Positions 1 through 9,665 are shown, numbered from the stretch's first letter. The stretch: DNA of 37,289 nucleotides from Thermoproteota archaeon (GCA_037917675.1 JAVCBW010000046.1:1-37289); one strand, 5' to 3'. Notes: generated by a model not told the origin, from the letters alone. Program-made: numbers and translations.

Positions 1-465
1 GAGACAGTAGCTGAAGTAATATCAGAGTATGAGACCAAAGGCCTGATAAAACTAAGAAGAAGGCTACCAACTTTAAGGCCAATATAGCCTTCGGCTGCAG
101 TCCCTGTTTTCATAGAGATATAGAGGGTAGGTGGGTTGATTAGTGGAGGCTTTAGTTTCCCTGTGATGCTTGCTGATGGGAGCCTTGTCAGGCCACCTAG
201 TGGCTATCAGATCTAAGCCTCCAGATGTGGGGCCCTAGAGCTGCTCCAAAAGCCCTACTAGAGGCATAAACCCAACGATGAGGAAGCAGCCATAGACAAA
301 ACCACATACATCCATGAAAGCATACCAGCTGTAACCCCCTACATCCTCATGCTACATGACATAGGCTCTCCTCACAACTGAGACTTAATGGATCTTGCAT
401 CCTACCAGACTATACTCTGCCTTAGCTTCCACCTCTGCTTAGACAGCTACCCTCCTCACTTATAG

Positions 466-777
466 GAGCCCTCTGGCATACAGCAACTCTCCTTAGCCTC
501 TTCCAAGATAGTTGAGGAGAAGCTCAACGTCCTTTTCTTTGATAGGCCAGCAACCTACATGGTACCATACACTCCTAACCTAATCAACTTAGAGTGCTGC
601 ATAGAAAACATCTGTAGAATAGTTACTGAAATAAATGCTGAGCTCATAATTCTAGATCATCACCCTCCTAGAGGCAAGCTTTACGAGAAGAGGCTAAAAG
701 AGGTCTATGAGCAAGCAGAGGAGAAGGTGAGAAATGTGATGACAGCAGAATACCTATGTAAAACCGAGAAATCCTAG
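466..777 (+). pseudogene. 3' remnant of a UPF0282-like metallo-beta-lactamase-fold hydrolase
   Basis: The frame of ORF 559..777 is open back to a TAG at 463 and reads SGIQ...IVEEKLNVLFFDRPATY...IILDHHPPR...VMTAEYL. This resembles the SDxQ / DGPxTY / LDHHxxR / TAAEY motifs of archaeal UPF0282 proteins. The 5' half is not recognisable. Confidence 0.6.
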
Positions 778-821
778 AGCTAGCCAGGTAGATGCTTGTA
801 TAGTATACTCTTGGATGAAAG

Positions 822-1230
822 CTAAACTCTAACTACTTGCTTTGGTTCTACACGTGGTATATCTAAATCTTCAAAGTGTTTGTCAAAGGATACTATCGCT
901 TTAGCACCTAGCTTTTTCGCAACGGTATACTGTATAGCATCATCCATATCGAGTTTAAGATTCAAACTACTGTCTACCGCTCTAACTTCGTCAGATAGCA
1001 ACGTATTATATATGAAGAGATTTTTATATGCTCTAAGGCTTAGCAGGAACTTCCTTATTCTGGCTTTCTGGAAAAGCTGTCCATTAACACAATTATCGAG
1101 TGTATTGTGAAATCTGTAACTAAACCCTCAACATCACCATCTTTAACAGCTCTAAGTAGCCTTTTACACTCTCTTTCCTTCTTCTAGAGAGTAAGACTTC
1201 AAGGAAAATGTTAGCGTCGATTAGATGCAT
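822..1230 (-). pseudogene. vapC: PIN-domain (VapC-type) toxin, frameshifted
   Basis: ATG at 1230 gives MHLIDANIFLEVLL. Other frames give CKRLLRAVKDGDVEGLVTDFTIHSIIV and LKLDMDDAIQYTVAKKLGAKAIVSFDKHFEDLDIPRVEP, with TAG at 824-822. PIN acidic motifs are present, with at least two frameshifts. Confidence 0.85.
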
Positions 1231-1493
1231 TTTTCAGCACCTTTCTAGTCCAAACATCCTTAGAGAAGTGCTGTAGCTCAACAGGCTCCACGTCAATACC
1301 AGATAGAAGCCCATCTATAGATTCTACAGGATCTCCACTACTAGTCCACTCCTCGCCCTCTAGACTAGAAATCCACATTATAGCGCCTCCTCAGCAGCCT
1401 TGCTCAAAGCCCCCTTAACATACCAAACTTCTTCATTGCTAACTCTCTAAACCCCTTTTCAACTTTGCCGCTAACCTTAGGTCTTAGCCCCAT
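1211..1493 (-). pseudogene. Antitoxin (VapB-like, probable RHH) upstream of the PIN toxin, frameshifted
   Basis: ATG at 1493 gives MGLRPKVSGKVEKGFRELAMKKFG, then after frameshifts YVKGALSKAAEEA and WISSLEGEEWTSSGDPVESIDGLLSGIDVEPVELQH. It overlaps the toxin start, the usual archaeal vapBC layout. Confidence 0.65.
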
Positions 1494-1616
1494 GTACGGA
1501 CGTGCTCTATATCAACCTATCTCCACAAAAACTTTTCTCCATATGGATCTATGTTAACGTTGATAGCCCGAACTCTGAAGAGAGGAGAGAAAAGAACTAA
1601 AGTGGTCTTGCCAGTC

Positions 1617-1996
1617 CCAGCGTTACCCTTGATAAGCAGAGTATATCTACCTCTAGAAAGGGAGCTTGTTATCTCATCTGGGCTTAAGCACTAATATTCC
1701 TTAGAGCCATGCATGTGATGGCATTAATCACCTGCGTCCTGCTTGAGCTATCTTTAGCACTAGGCTACCATGGCTGCAGCAGGCTGTCTTCAGCTAGTGG
1801 TCTCCAGTAAGAAGCCTCCTAGCAGCTTACCTAGAGGCATGTTTCTCAGCGGATGTAGACCTCTAGCTAGAGGCTTGAGGAACATTAGCTTTCTCTGCCA
1901 GACGTCTAAGCCTCTTAGTGAGAAGTATCCTCTCAAGCTGATCTCCGGAAAGCATGTGTTAGGGAACATGGTACCCTTCTAGCTCTCACTGGAGCA
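1617..1996 (+). pseudogene. Decayed 3' fragment of a group II PLP decarboxylase, paralogous to 9666..11273
   Basis: ORF 1770..1982 (AAAGCLQLVVSSKKPPSSLPRGMFLSGCRPLARGLRNISFLCQTSKPLSEKYPLKLISGKHVLGNMVPF) aligns by eye with AAAVWAALRLMTSSREPLSKLPRELLLDRYKPLLAKGLRDARLLYQMLRALSRHYPVKLIPEKPPQGNIVSF of the intact gene. SVTLD near 1618 matches SITID. Confidence 0.8.
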
Positions 1997-2106
1997 GAGG
2001 AAAGGGGAACACTGGGTAGCTGAGGCATACAGGGTGGTGTGTTATGCTATGAGGTGGCGTCCTCCAGAAAAGCTGGAGGCTTAGCAAGCCTAGATTCTGA
2101 AGGCAC

Positions 2107-2138
2107 TTTTATTAAAGGGTTTATGAAAGGATGAGGGG
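2107..2138 (+). promoter_or_regulatory. TATA box and SD for livG-livF
   Basis: TTTTATTAA at 2107-2115 and GAGGGG at 2133-2138, ahead of ATG 2144. Confidence 0.55.
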
Positions 2139-2143
2139 TATGA

Positions 2144-2884
2144 ATGCTGTTGGAGGGTAGAGGTATCACTAAGCGTTTCGGCGGCCTCACTGCTCTCAGA
2201 GATGTAGAGTTTAAGCTGGAGAAGGGAGAGATTCTAGGGCTCATTGGACCTAATGGGGCTGGTAAAACGACTCTGTTTAACATCATAAGCGGCTTCCTCA
2301 AGCCTACAGCTGGCGTTGTGAGGTTTAAGGGTGTTGACCTAACTAAGCTTAAGCCTCACCAGATATGTAAGCTTGGTATAGCTAGAACTTTCCAGATTGT
2401 GAAGCCATTCCTCAAGTCTACTGTCCTAGAGAATGTGATGGCTGGCGCCATGTTTGGTAGGGGGAAGAGGCTAGGCATCGATGAAGCGAGAGATGAGGCC
2501 CTATATTATCTGAGCTTTGTCGGGCTTGAGTCCAAGAAGGATATGCTTGCTATGAGTCTCAACGTGGTGGAGCGGAAGTTCGTTGAGATAGCTAGAGCAT
2601 TAGCTACAAAGCCTGAGATCATTTTGCTTGATGAGCCTCTAGCAGGGCTTAACCCAGCTGAGATAGCTGAGGCATCTAAGCTTGTGAAAAGGATCAGAGA
2701 TGAGCTTGGCATCACGGTATTCTGGGTTGAGCATGTGATGAAGGCTATAATGGGGACTGCTGAGAGGATAATAGTTCTGCACAATGGGATGAAGATTGCT
2801 GAAGGCACTCCACAGGAGGTCTCCAGGAACAGGAAGGTTATAGAAGCATATCTGGGAGAGGCTGTAGGTGAGGTTGTTGCTTGA
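2144..2884 (+). CDS. livG: Branched-chain amino acid-type (HAAT) ABC transporter ATP-binding protein, LivG-like
   Basis: Walker A GPNGAGKT, GIARTFQ, LLDEP, VEHVM and C-terminal VIEAYLG. Confidence 0.93.
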   Translation: MLLEGRGITKRFGGLTALRDVEFKLEKGEILGLIGPNGAGKTTLFNIISGFLKPTAGVVRFKGVDLTKLKPHQICKLGIARTFQIVKPFLKSTVLENVMAGAMFGRGKRLGIDEARDEALYYLSFVGLESKKDMLAMSLNVVERKFVEIARALATKPEIILLDEPLAGLNPAEIAEASKLVKRIRDELGITVFWVEHVMKAIMGTAERIIVLHNGMKIAEGTPQEVSRNRKVIEAYLGEAVGEVVA

Positions 2885-3584
2885 GATAAGAGGTCTTGAA
2901 GTGGGGTATGGTGAGCTCACTATACTTAGAGACATTAACCTCAAAGTTAGAGAAGGTGAGCTGATAGCTATAATAGGTGCTAACGGCTCAGGGAAAACTA
3001 CTCTACTCAAGACCATAGCTGGCTTGATCCAGCCTAGAAAGGGGGAGATAACTTATGAGGGTAAGAGGATAGATATGCTTCCACCACATGATAGAGCTGA
3101 GCTCGGAATAGTCTACATACCAGAGGGTAGGAGGCCCTTCCCCTACCTGACGGTAGAGGAGAACCTCGAACTGGGAGGGTTCAATGCTAGAGCAAGAGAA
3201 AAGATCAGAGAAAACCTCGAGTTCGTCTATGCACTATTCCCAGTACTCAAGGAGAGGAGGAAGCAGCTTGCTATAACCTTAAGTGGCGGAGAGCAGCAGA
3301 TGCTAGCTATAGCTAGGGGGCTAATGGCTATGCCGAAGTTCATGATGCTAGATGAGCCTTCTCTAGGGCTAGCGCCAAAGATAACGCTAACTGTATTCGA
3401 GGTGGTCAAGAGGCTGCATGAAGAGCAGAAGCTCACTATCATGCTAGCTGAGCAGAATGTCCGGCATGCCTTAGAGCTAGCTGACAGAGCCTATGTCCTT
3501 GAGACAGGGCATGTTGTAATGGAGGGAGCAGGCAGAGAGTTACTTCACAATGAGCATGTTAGGAAGGCATATCTAGGCATCTAG
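2868..3584 (+). CDS. livF: HAAT ABC transporter ATP-binding protein, LivF-like
   Basis: GANGSGKT, PEGRR, LSGGEQQMLAIARGL, LDEPSLGLAP, EQN, AYLG. Overlaps the end of livG. Confidence 0.93.
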   Translation: MRLLLEIRGLEVGYGELTILRDINLKVREGELIAIIGANGSGKTTLLKTIAGLIQPRKGEITYEGKRIDMLPPHDRAELGIVYIPEGRRPFPYLTVEENLELGGFNARAREKIRENLEFVYALFPVLKERRKQLAITLSGGEQQMLAIARGLMAMPKFMMLDEPSLGLAPKITLTVFEVVKRLHEEQKLTIMLAEQNVRHALELADRAYVLETGHVVMEGAGRELLHNEHVRKAYLGI

Positions 3585-4549
3585 GCTGCGAGATACTTTC
3601 CGGCAGCTCTCTTGAGATACTGGTATATGCCTTCTGGCATGAACCTCACTACTGTTATAATCAGCAGCCCGTAAACTATCAGATGTACTCCTGCATACCC
3701 CCCTCCTAGCATAGCGAATATTGTCTGTCTCAGGAGTATCAGGATCATTGAGCCGATTATAGGCCCTATGAACGTCCCTACTCCACCCACTACGGCTATA
3801 ATCAAGATCTCATCAGACCTCTCTGGCGTTAGCACTATATCAGGCCTTATGTACCCAGTTAGCTGAGCAAAGAATGTTCCTCCAACCCCTGTGAGATAAG
3901 CGCTCAGTAGCAGAGCTATCATCTTATACCTGAAGACGTCTATCCCAACTGAGGCAGCTGCATCCTCATCCTGACCTATCATCCTGAATGCAGCTCCAAG
4001 TCTAGATTCTTCTATCCTGTGGGATAACATGGAGAGCAGGAACAGCATTACATATGCGAGGAGGAACCAGTGGAATGTGTCACTAAACTGCATATAGGCT
4101 ACTGACCTGGTTATTGGGAGTATTATACCAAGTGGCCCATTTGTTATGCGATCTAGTTTAAGAGTGAGCAGTCTGACCATCTCAGCTACAGCTATCGTAG
4201 CTAAGGCAAAGTAGGCTCCTCTAAGCTTTAGTGTCGGATACCCCATGATAAGTGCTAAAAAGGCTGCTAGTGCTCCTCCAGCAAACATACCAATCCATGG
4301 TGTTATGCCATAGTTCGTGAACAGGAGTGAGGAAGCGTAGGCTCCAAGTCCGAAGAAAGCTGCGTGTCCAAATGAGAGCTGCCCAGCATATCCATAGAGT
4401 ATATTCCAGCACTGTCCAAGGTAAGCCCATAGTAGGATTAAGGTTAGTGTATAAACTATGTAGTGTAGCCTGAGAATCCTACATATGGTTGAAACAAAGA
4501 GGAGTAAGGCGAATATGGCAGCGACTTCCCTAGGAACCTCGACTTTCAT
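3581..4549 (-). CDS. livM: HAAT ABC transporter permease, LivM-like
   Basis: GYAGQLSFGHAAFFGLGAY, LRGAYFALATIA, DEDAAASVGID, GGVGTFIGP; polytopic membrane protein. Confidence 0.92.
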   Translation of the reverse strand: MKVEVPREVAAIFALLLFVSTICRILRLHYIVYTLTLILLWAYLGQCWNILYGYAGQLSFGHAAFFGLGAYASSLLFTNYGITPWIGMFAGGALAAFLALIMGYPTLKLRGAYFALATIAVAEMVRLLTLKLDRITNGPLGIILPITRSVAYMQFSDTFHWFLLAYVMLFLLSMLSHRIEESRLGAAFRMIGQDEDAAASVGIDVFRYKMIALLLSAYLTGVGGTFFAQLTGYIRPDIVLTPERSDEILIIAVVGGVGTFIGPIIGSMILILLRQTIFAMLGGGYAGVHLIVYGLLIITVVRFMPEGIYQYLKRAAGKYLAA

Positions 4550-4550
4550 G

Positions 4551-5423
4551 CTATCTTCTCCCCATAAGCCCTCTAGGCCTTATGTAGAGCACAAGGAGAA
4601 ACACGACATAGACTAGCAGGTAGCTATAGGCTGTACCGAACAGCATGCTTCCAATACCTTCTAGGACACCGACTATTATCCCAGCTATGAAGAGCCCCAG
4701 AAAGCTACCTAGGCCACCTAGCACAACTATCACAAATCCTAGTAGGCACCACGTGAACCCAACATATGGATAAACATAGTAAAAGGTTGCTATAAGTGTT
4801 CCAGCTACTCCTGTTAGAGCTCCTGCTAGCATGAGGGTGAGCAGCCTCACTTTAGCTGCATTGATTCCCATGATACTGGCGACTTCAGGATCTCCTATCA
4901 CATCTGATGTTGCCAGTATGGCTTTCCCAATCAAGGTCTTCTTGAAGAATGCATACACACCTAGCATTGTTGCAACAGAAACCATGGCTGCAATGATATG
5001 AGCTGCTGATAGCCTCACTCCTCCAATATTCACGGAAATTCCGATGTACCTGTTTGGTGTACTGAGGTAGTTCTGCTTCCAAAGTGCTTGAGCTACACCC
5101 ATTAATAGGGTTGATAGCCCAAATGTTGAGAGGATCGTTGAGAGTGGCGCTCCCTTCAAGATGGGTTCTACGAGCTGCTTCTGAGTTATGAAGCCTATCA
5201 TAGCGCCTATTGCTATGTTAACTGGTATTATGAGGTATGGAGCGAGGTTAAAGAGTACTACAAGCCAGTAGGTAGCATACATTGTCAACATGATCCACTC
5301 TCCATGTGCAAAGTTAATGACATGCATTACCCCCCAAGCAAGCCCTAGGCCAACGAAAGCTAGGCTATAGATGCATCCCAAGACAAATCCAAAGGCTATT
5401 ATTTGCACTAGCATGTCAAGCAT
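4551..5423 (-). CDS. livH: HAAT ABC transporter permease, LivH-like
   Basis: GVMHVINFAHGE, ASIMGIN, VVLGGLGS, RPRGLMG. Confidence 0.92.
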   Translation of the reverse strand: MLDMLVQIIAFGFVLGCIYSLAFVGLGLAWGVMHVINFAHGEWIMLTMYATYWLVVLFNLAPYLIIPVNIAIGAMIGFITQKQLVEPILKGAPLSTILSTFGLSTLLMGVAQALWKQNYLSTPNRYIGISVNIGGVRLSAAHIIAAMVSVATMLGVYAFFKKTLIGKAILATSDVIGDPEVASIMGINAAKVRLLTLMLAGALTGVAGTLIATFYYVYPYVGFTWCLLGFVIVVLGGLGSFLGLFIAGIIVGVLEGIGSMLFGTAYSYLLVYVVFLLVLYIRPRGLMGRR

Positions 5424-5458
5424 GCCTTCACCTAGATCTCGGTCTTCTCTCTAGCTGC

Positions 5459-5535
5459 TTTATAAGCTTTCATCAAGCCTTCCTGAGGGAGAGGGAAAGT
5501 TTTAATAGTTTCCTATCACATGGCTCTGACGGTGG
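5459..5535. promoter_or_regulatory. Back-to-back promoters for livH-livM (-) and SBP-aminotransferase (+)
   Basis: Minus strand: GAAAG followed by CTTATAAA (5471-5459). Plus strand: GGAAAG followed by TTTTAATA (5494-5507), then SD GGTGG at 5531-5535. Confidence 0.6.
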
Positions 5536-5539
5536 AATC

Positions 5540-6817
5540 CTGAAAGTATCAAAAGCTGTTTTAGCCGCAATCGTAGTAGCTATAGTCGTGGTCGCTGGGG
5601 TAGCTGTCTACAGGGTCTTCATAGCTAAGCCAGTTATTAAGGAGGTTAAGGTGGGTGTAGTCCTGCCATTGACTGGCCCAGCTAGCAAGGAAGGGTGGAT
5701 TGCCAGGCATGGTATTGAGCTTGCGATAGAGCATATCAATAGGCAAGGTGGAGTAAAGTCTCTAGGTGGAGCTAAGCTGGTTCCGATCTTCGCTGATAGC
5801 GCAGGGAAGCCTGAGGTTGGGATGGCTGAAGCTGAGAGGCTCATAACTGTAGAGAAGGTTCATGTGCTTACAGGATGCTACCAGAGTGCTGTCACTCTGC
5901 CTGTCGCTGGGGTAGCTGAGAAGTATAAGATTCCATTCATGGTGGCTGATGCTATATCAGATAAGATAACTGAGCAGGGGTATAAGTATGTGTTTAGGAT
6001 CCATGGGAAGGCATCCTGGTATGGAAGAGATGCTGTCAGGTTCATACTAGATATGAACAAGAAGTATGGTACAGACTTCAAGAGGATAGCTCTAGTCTAT
6101 GAAGACGACGAGTTCGGGAAGTCTAGTGCTGATGGCTTTAAGAAATACCTTAAGCAGCTTGCTCCAGGTTATGAAATAGTGATAGAGGAGTCCTATCCGC
6201 TAGCTGCAGCAGACCTAACTCCACTGGTAACTAAGCTTAGAGCCCAGAACCCAGATATCGTCGTCCATGTAGCCTATGTAAGCGATGCAATACTCTTCTT
6301 CAGAGCTATGAAAACCCTAAACTGGTGTCCGAAGGTCTATATGGGGCTAGGTGCAGCTGGCCAGTCACACTATGACTTCATAAAGGCTCTTGGTAAGGAT
6401 GCTGAGTACGTCTTTACGCAAACAGAGTGGCAGCCAGATCTGCTTCTCTCACCAAAGATGAAGGACTTTAAGTGGGTAAATGACGAGTACAGGAATAAGT
6501 ATGGAGAAGACATAGTTGGGATAGCAGCAGACTGCTATTCATCAACTTGGGTATTGTACTATGCTATAGAGAAGGCTGGGTCATTAGATCCAGACAAGAT
6601 AAGGGATGCGCTTGCTTCTATGGTCATAGACCTCCCCTCGAAGGAGGTCAATGTGATACTCCCATACACCAATATAGACCTGACTAAAGAAGGCCAGAAC
6701 CCACATACTGCCATCTGTATGGCACAGATACTCGAGGGCAAGTTCAGGATAGTCTGGCCAGTTGAATACGCTACAGTAGATGCTAAGTGGCCAATACCCT
6801 CATGGGAGGAGAGATAG
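5540..6817 (+). CDS. ABC transporter substrate-binding protein (LivJ/LivK, periplasmic binding protein type 1) with N-terminal membrane anchor; probable CTG start at 5540
   Basis: VKVGVVLPLTG, INRQGG, FADSAGKPE, YEDDEFG, KAGSLDPDKIRDAL. An in-frame CTG 5 nt after the SD adds the n- and h-regions KVSKAVLAAIVVAIV to the listed ORF (5588). Confidence 0.88.
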   Translation: MKVSKAVLAAIVVAIVVVAGVAVYRVFIAKPVIKEVKVGVVLPLTGPASKEGWIARHGIELAIEHINRQGGVKSLGGAKLVPIFADSAGKPEVGMAEAERLITVEKVHVLTGCYQSAVTLPVAGVAEKYKIPFMVADAISDKITEQGYKYVFRIHGKASWYGRDAVRFILDMNKKYGTDFKRIALVYEDDEFGKSSADGFKKYLKQLAPGYEIVIEESYPLAAADLTPLVTKLRAQNPDIVVHVAYVSDAILFFRAMKTLNWCPKVYMGLGAAGQSHYDFIKALGKDAEYVFTQTEWQPDLLLSPKMKDFKWVNDEYRNKYGEDIVGIAADCYSSTWVLYYAIEKAGSLDPDKIRDALASMVIDLPSKEVNVILPYTNIDLTKEGQNPHTAICMAQILEGKFRIVWPVEYATVDAKWPIPSWEER

Positions 6818-6849
6818 CCTCACTCCCACACTTATTTTGTGGTGGTCTC

Positions 6850-8127
6850 ATGCCGTCTAGGAGTGAGATCTTCATACCCTTCATTAAGCCATTCATAGCT
6901 GAGAAGGAAATCATGATATCACATGGTAAGGGGGCTGTAGTATATGACACAGAGGGGAATAGCTACATCGACATGTTTGGGATGCACTCTGCTGCTGTAC
7001 AAGGCTACTCTCACCCGAAGATAGTTGAGGCAGTCAAGAGGCAGGCTGAGAAGATAATGCATGTGACCTACGACTTCGCTACGGAGCCTTCGCTGAAGCT
7101 TGCTGAGAAGCTCATCGAGATCACCCCAGAGGGTCTGAGCAGAGTGTACCTGCTGAACAGTGGAGCTGAGGCAGATGAGGCTGCGATATACACTGCCAGG
7201 AGGGCAACTGGGAGATATGAGCTTATAGCTCTCTATGGGGCTTTCCACGGTAGAACCTATGGGGCTAGGAGCCTAATAGGCTGGAAGGGATACAAGGCTG
7301 GAGGAGGCCCATTCCTCCCTGGAGTCCACCACATGCCATCATACTACTGCTACAGGTGCTCACTCGGCTTAGAATACCCAGGATGCAACCTGCAGTGTGC
7401 TAGGCTGCTCAGCGACGTCATAACATACCAGACTTCAGGTGAAGTAGCTGCCTTCATAGCTGAACCCATGCAGGGAACTGCTGGGAACATACCTGCTCCA
7501 AGCGGGTACTTCACTACAGTCAAGAAGATACTAGACGAGTACAGGATACTACTCATAGATGACGAGGTGATCACAGGGTTCGCTAGGACAGGCAGGATGT
7601 TTGCCATAGAGCACTATGGCATCACCCCTGACATGATGGTTGTAGCAAAGGCTCTAGGTGGAGGGCTCCCAGTGTCTGCAGTAGTAGCCACAGAAGATGT
7701 AGCTAGCAAAGTGATGCCAATGGACTACTTCACGACATTCGGTGGAAACCCTCTTGCGGCAGCTGCTGCGCTAGCGGCCATAGAGGTCATAGAGGAGGAG
7801 AAGCTCGCTGAAAGGAGCCAGAAGCTAGGAGAATACCTGATGAAGAGGCTGAGAGAGCTCCAAGAGAAGCACGAGCTCATAGGCGACGTGAGGGGGAAGG
7901 GGCTGCTCATAGGTGTTGAGCTTGTGAAGGATAGGAAGACTAAGGAGCCAGCACGTGAGGAGTCCTACCAGGTTAGAGTTGAGTGCCTCAAGAGAGGCGT
8001 GATAATGCCAGCTGGAATGGGCTGGCTTGGGAATGTCATCAGGATGAACCCTCCACTAGTGATAACAGAGGAGCAGATAGATAAGGCAGTTGATGTCCTG
8101 GATGAGGCCTTGAAGGCTGTAGGCTAG
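6850..8127 (+). CDS. Class III PLP aminotransferase (GABA-AT/AGXT2/omega-amino acid type)
   Basis: NSGAEA, FHGRT, EPMQG, DEVITGFARTG, PDMMVVAK(PLP Lys)ALGGG, TTFGGNP. ATG 6850 follows SD GGTGG at 6841 (the listed ORF starts at 6787). Confidence 0.92.
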   Translation: MPSRSEIFIPFIKPFIAEKEIMISHGKGAVVYDTEGNSYIDMFGMHSAAVQGYSHPKIVEAVKRQAEKIMHVTYDFATEPSLKLAEKLIEITPEGLSRVYLLNSGAEADEAAIYTARRATGRYELIALYGAFHGRTYGARSLIGWKGYKAGGGPFLPGVHHMPSYYCYRCSLGLEYPGCNLQCARLLSDVITYQTSGEVAAFIAEPMQGTAGNIPAPSGYFTTVKKILDEYRILLIDDEVITGFARTGRMFAIEHYGITPDMMVVAKALGGGLPVSAVVATEDVASKVMPMDYFTTFGGNPLAAAAALAAIEVIEEEKLAERSQKLGEYLMKRLRELQEKHELIGDVRGKGLLIGVELVKDRKTKEPAREESYQVRVECLKRGVIMPAGMGWLGNVIRMNPPLVITEEQIDKAVDVLDEALKAVG

Positions 8128-9074
8128 TGGTACTCAAGCCTCTTCCTGCCTAACAGGTAGTCTATGTAGTCTCTCACCCCCATTTTTATGCTGTACTTTG
8201 GCTCATAGCCTAGCTTAGCTCTAGCCTTCGATAGGTCTAAGGGCCCTCTCACCGGCTCAGCTATGTCATAGCCTGGGCCTACCTCGACATCTGCCTCCGG
8301 TATAATCTCTCTAACTATCTCAGCAAGTTCATGGAGGCTGCACATCTCTCCTGAGCCTATATTAAATGCCTCTCCTCCTACTCCTTCTCTGATGGCAGCC
8401 AGGTAGGCTGAGTGAGCTACATCTAGGACGTAGACTGCCTCATACTTCTGGTCTCCTCCCTCTTTTATCCTGACAGGCCTCCCCTCAACAGGCCCCTCAA
8501 TAATCTCCTTGAAGGAGCTGAACCCTCTTCTGCTCTGCCAGGGGCCATAGACTATTGGGAACCTGAGCGCCACGAACTCTATACCGTAGTCTCTGAAGTA
8601 GTTGAAACCCAGGTGCTCTGAGAAGAGCTTGGTGGCACCATATATGGTCACAGGATTCTTAGGGTGGTCTTCAGCAACGATCTCTCCCTCCCTAGTATAC
8701 CCGTAGACCGCTGTAGAGCTCAAGTATACAACACGCTTGATGTCAAAGACTCTAGCTCCCTCAAGCACATTCAGTGTCCCTACGACGTTGACCTTAAATG
8801 CCTCCCTAGGCCTCCTCTGAGAGGCTGCTGTCAACAGGGAGGCGCAGTGCACTATGCAATCAACATCATGCTTCCTCAGAGCCTCCATGACACCAACTGG
8901 ATCTGAAACATCTCCCCGAATCACGGAGACCCTATCCATTATGTCCTCGATAGCCTTGTAACCTGAGGTAAAGGTTGAATAGGCTATAGCTTTCCAGCCA
9001 TGGTGCACGAAGTCGTGGAGGATATGAGACCCTATGAAGCCAGATGCTCCAGTTACGAGCACACAGCTCATCAA
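8124..9074 (-). CDS. NAD-dependent epimerase/dehydratase family (extended SDR)
   Basis: VTGASGFIG, HCAS, SSTAVYG, YGATK catalytic motif, RFPIVYGP, FNIGSG. Confidence 0.9.
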   Translation of the reverse strand: MMSCVLVTGASGFIGSHILHDFVHHGWKAIAYSTFTSGYKAIEDIMDRVSVIRGDVSDPVGVMEALRKHDVDCIVHCASLLTAASQRRPREAFKVNVVGTLNVLEGARVFDIKRVVYLSSTAVYGYTREGEIVAEDHPKNPVTIYGATKLFSEHLGFNYFRDYGIEFVALRFPIVYGPWQSRRGFSSFKEIIEGPVEGRPVRIKEGGDQKYEAVYVLDVAHSAYLAAIREGVGGEAFNIGSGEMCSLHELAEIVREIIPEADVEVGPGYDIAEPVRGPLDLSKARAKLGYEPKYSIKMGVRDYIDYLLGRKRLEYH

Positions 9075-9665
9075 GACCCCTAAGCTACCATAGGCCAGCT
9101 TATAAGGGTTCTTACAGCTAGGGATAATACTCCAGAAACCAGCAACCCTTGTGTGTTGGGCTGCTTAAGCAGCTAAGAGCTTAAAGGCCATAGTATTGTG
9201 GCTTTAGATTCTGACTTCTCTCTAAGAAGGTTGCTGATGATATTGAGGCTGCTTTAAGCTGCAGTTAGAGGCTTCTGCCTGAAGCCTACTAGAGCTATGA
9301 TCATGAGGTCTGTTAAGAGCTTCAATATGTATCAGAGGCTATGGTGTCGATGTCTCCTATGCACTTCTTAGATTACATAGCATGGTCATAATAAGCTCTG
9401 ATCCTCTTGTGGCAAGCTTAGGGAGGTCAAGAGAGCTAAACTCGAGGGATAGCAGCGTCCCCACTTTGCTCTGCTCTGAGAGTTGTTAGAGGAGCTGACA
9501 GGTGTGATGCTCCTACTCTAAGGTATGTGCTGGCTTCTCATGTATAGGTTCTTCCTGAAGCTGCCTGAGGATAGTAGAGCTTGGCCTCTTAGCCTATCAG
9601 CTTACATAAGGCTCCTATGCTGCAGGTAAAGCATTTAACTGCTGCATCCTCTATCTTGAGGCTAG

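Noticed and set aside
1-87. Possible 3' end of a gene entering the window (ETVAEVISEYETKGLIKLRRRLPTLRPI*)
   Set aside because: Too short to assign a strand or function with confidence.
9234-9282. Possible C/D box sRNA (TGATGA at 9235, CTGA at 9279)
   Set aside because: The spacing is roughly right, but there are no credible D'/C' boxes or terminal stem.
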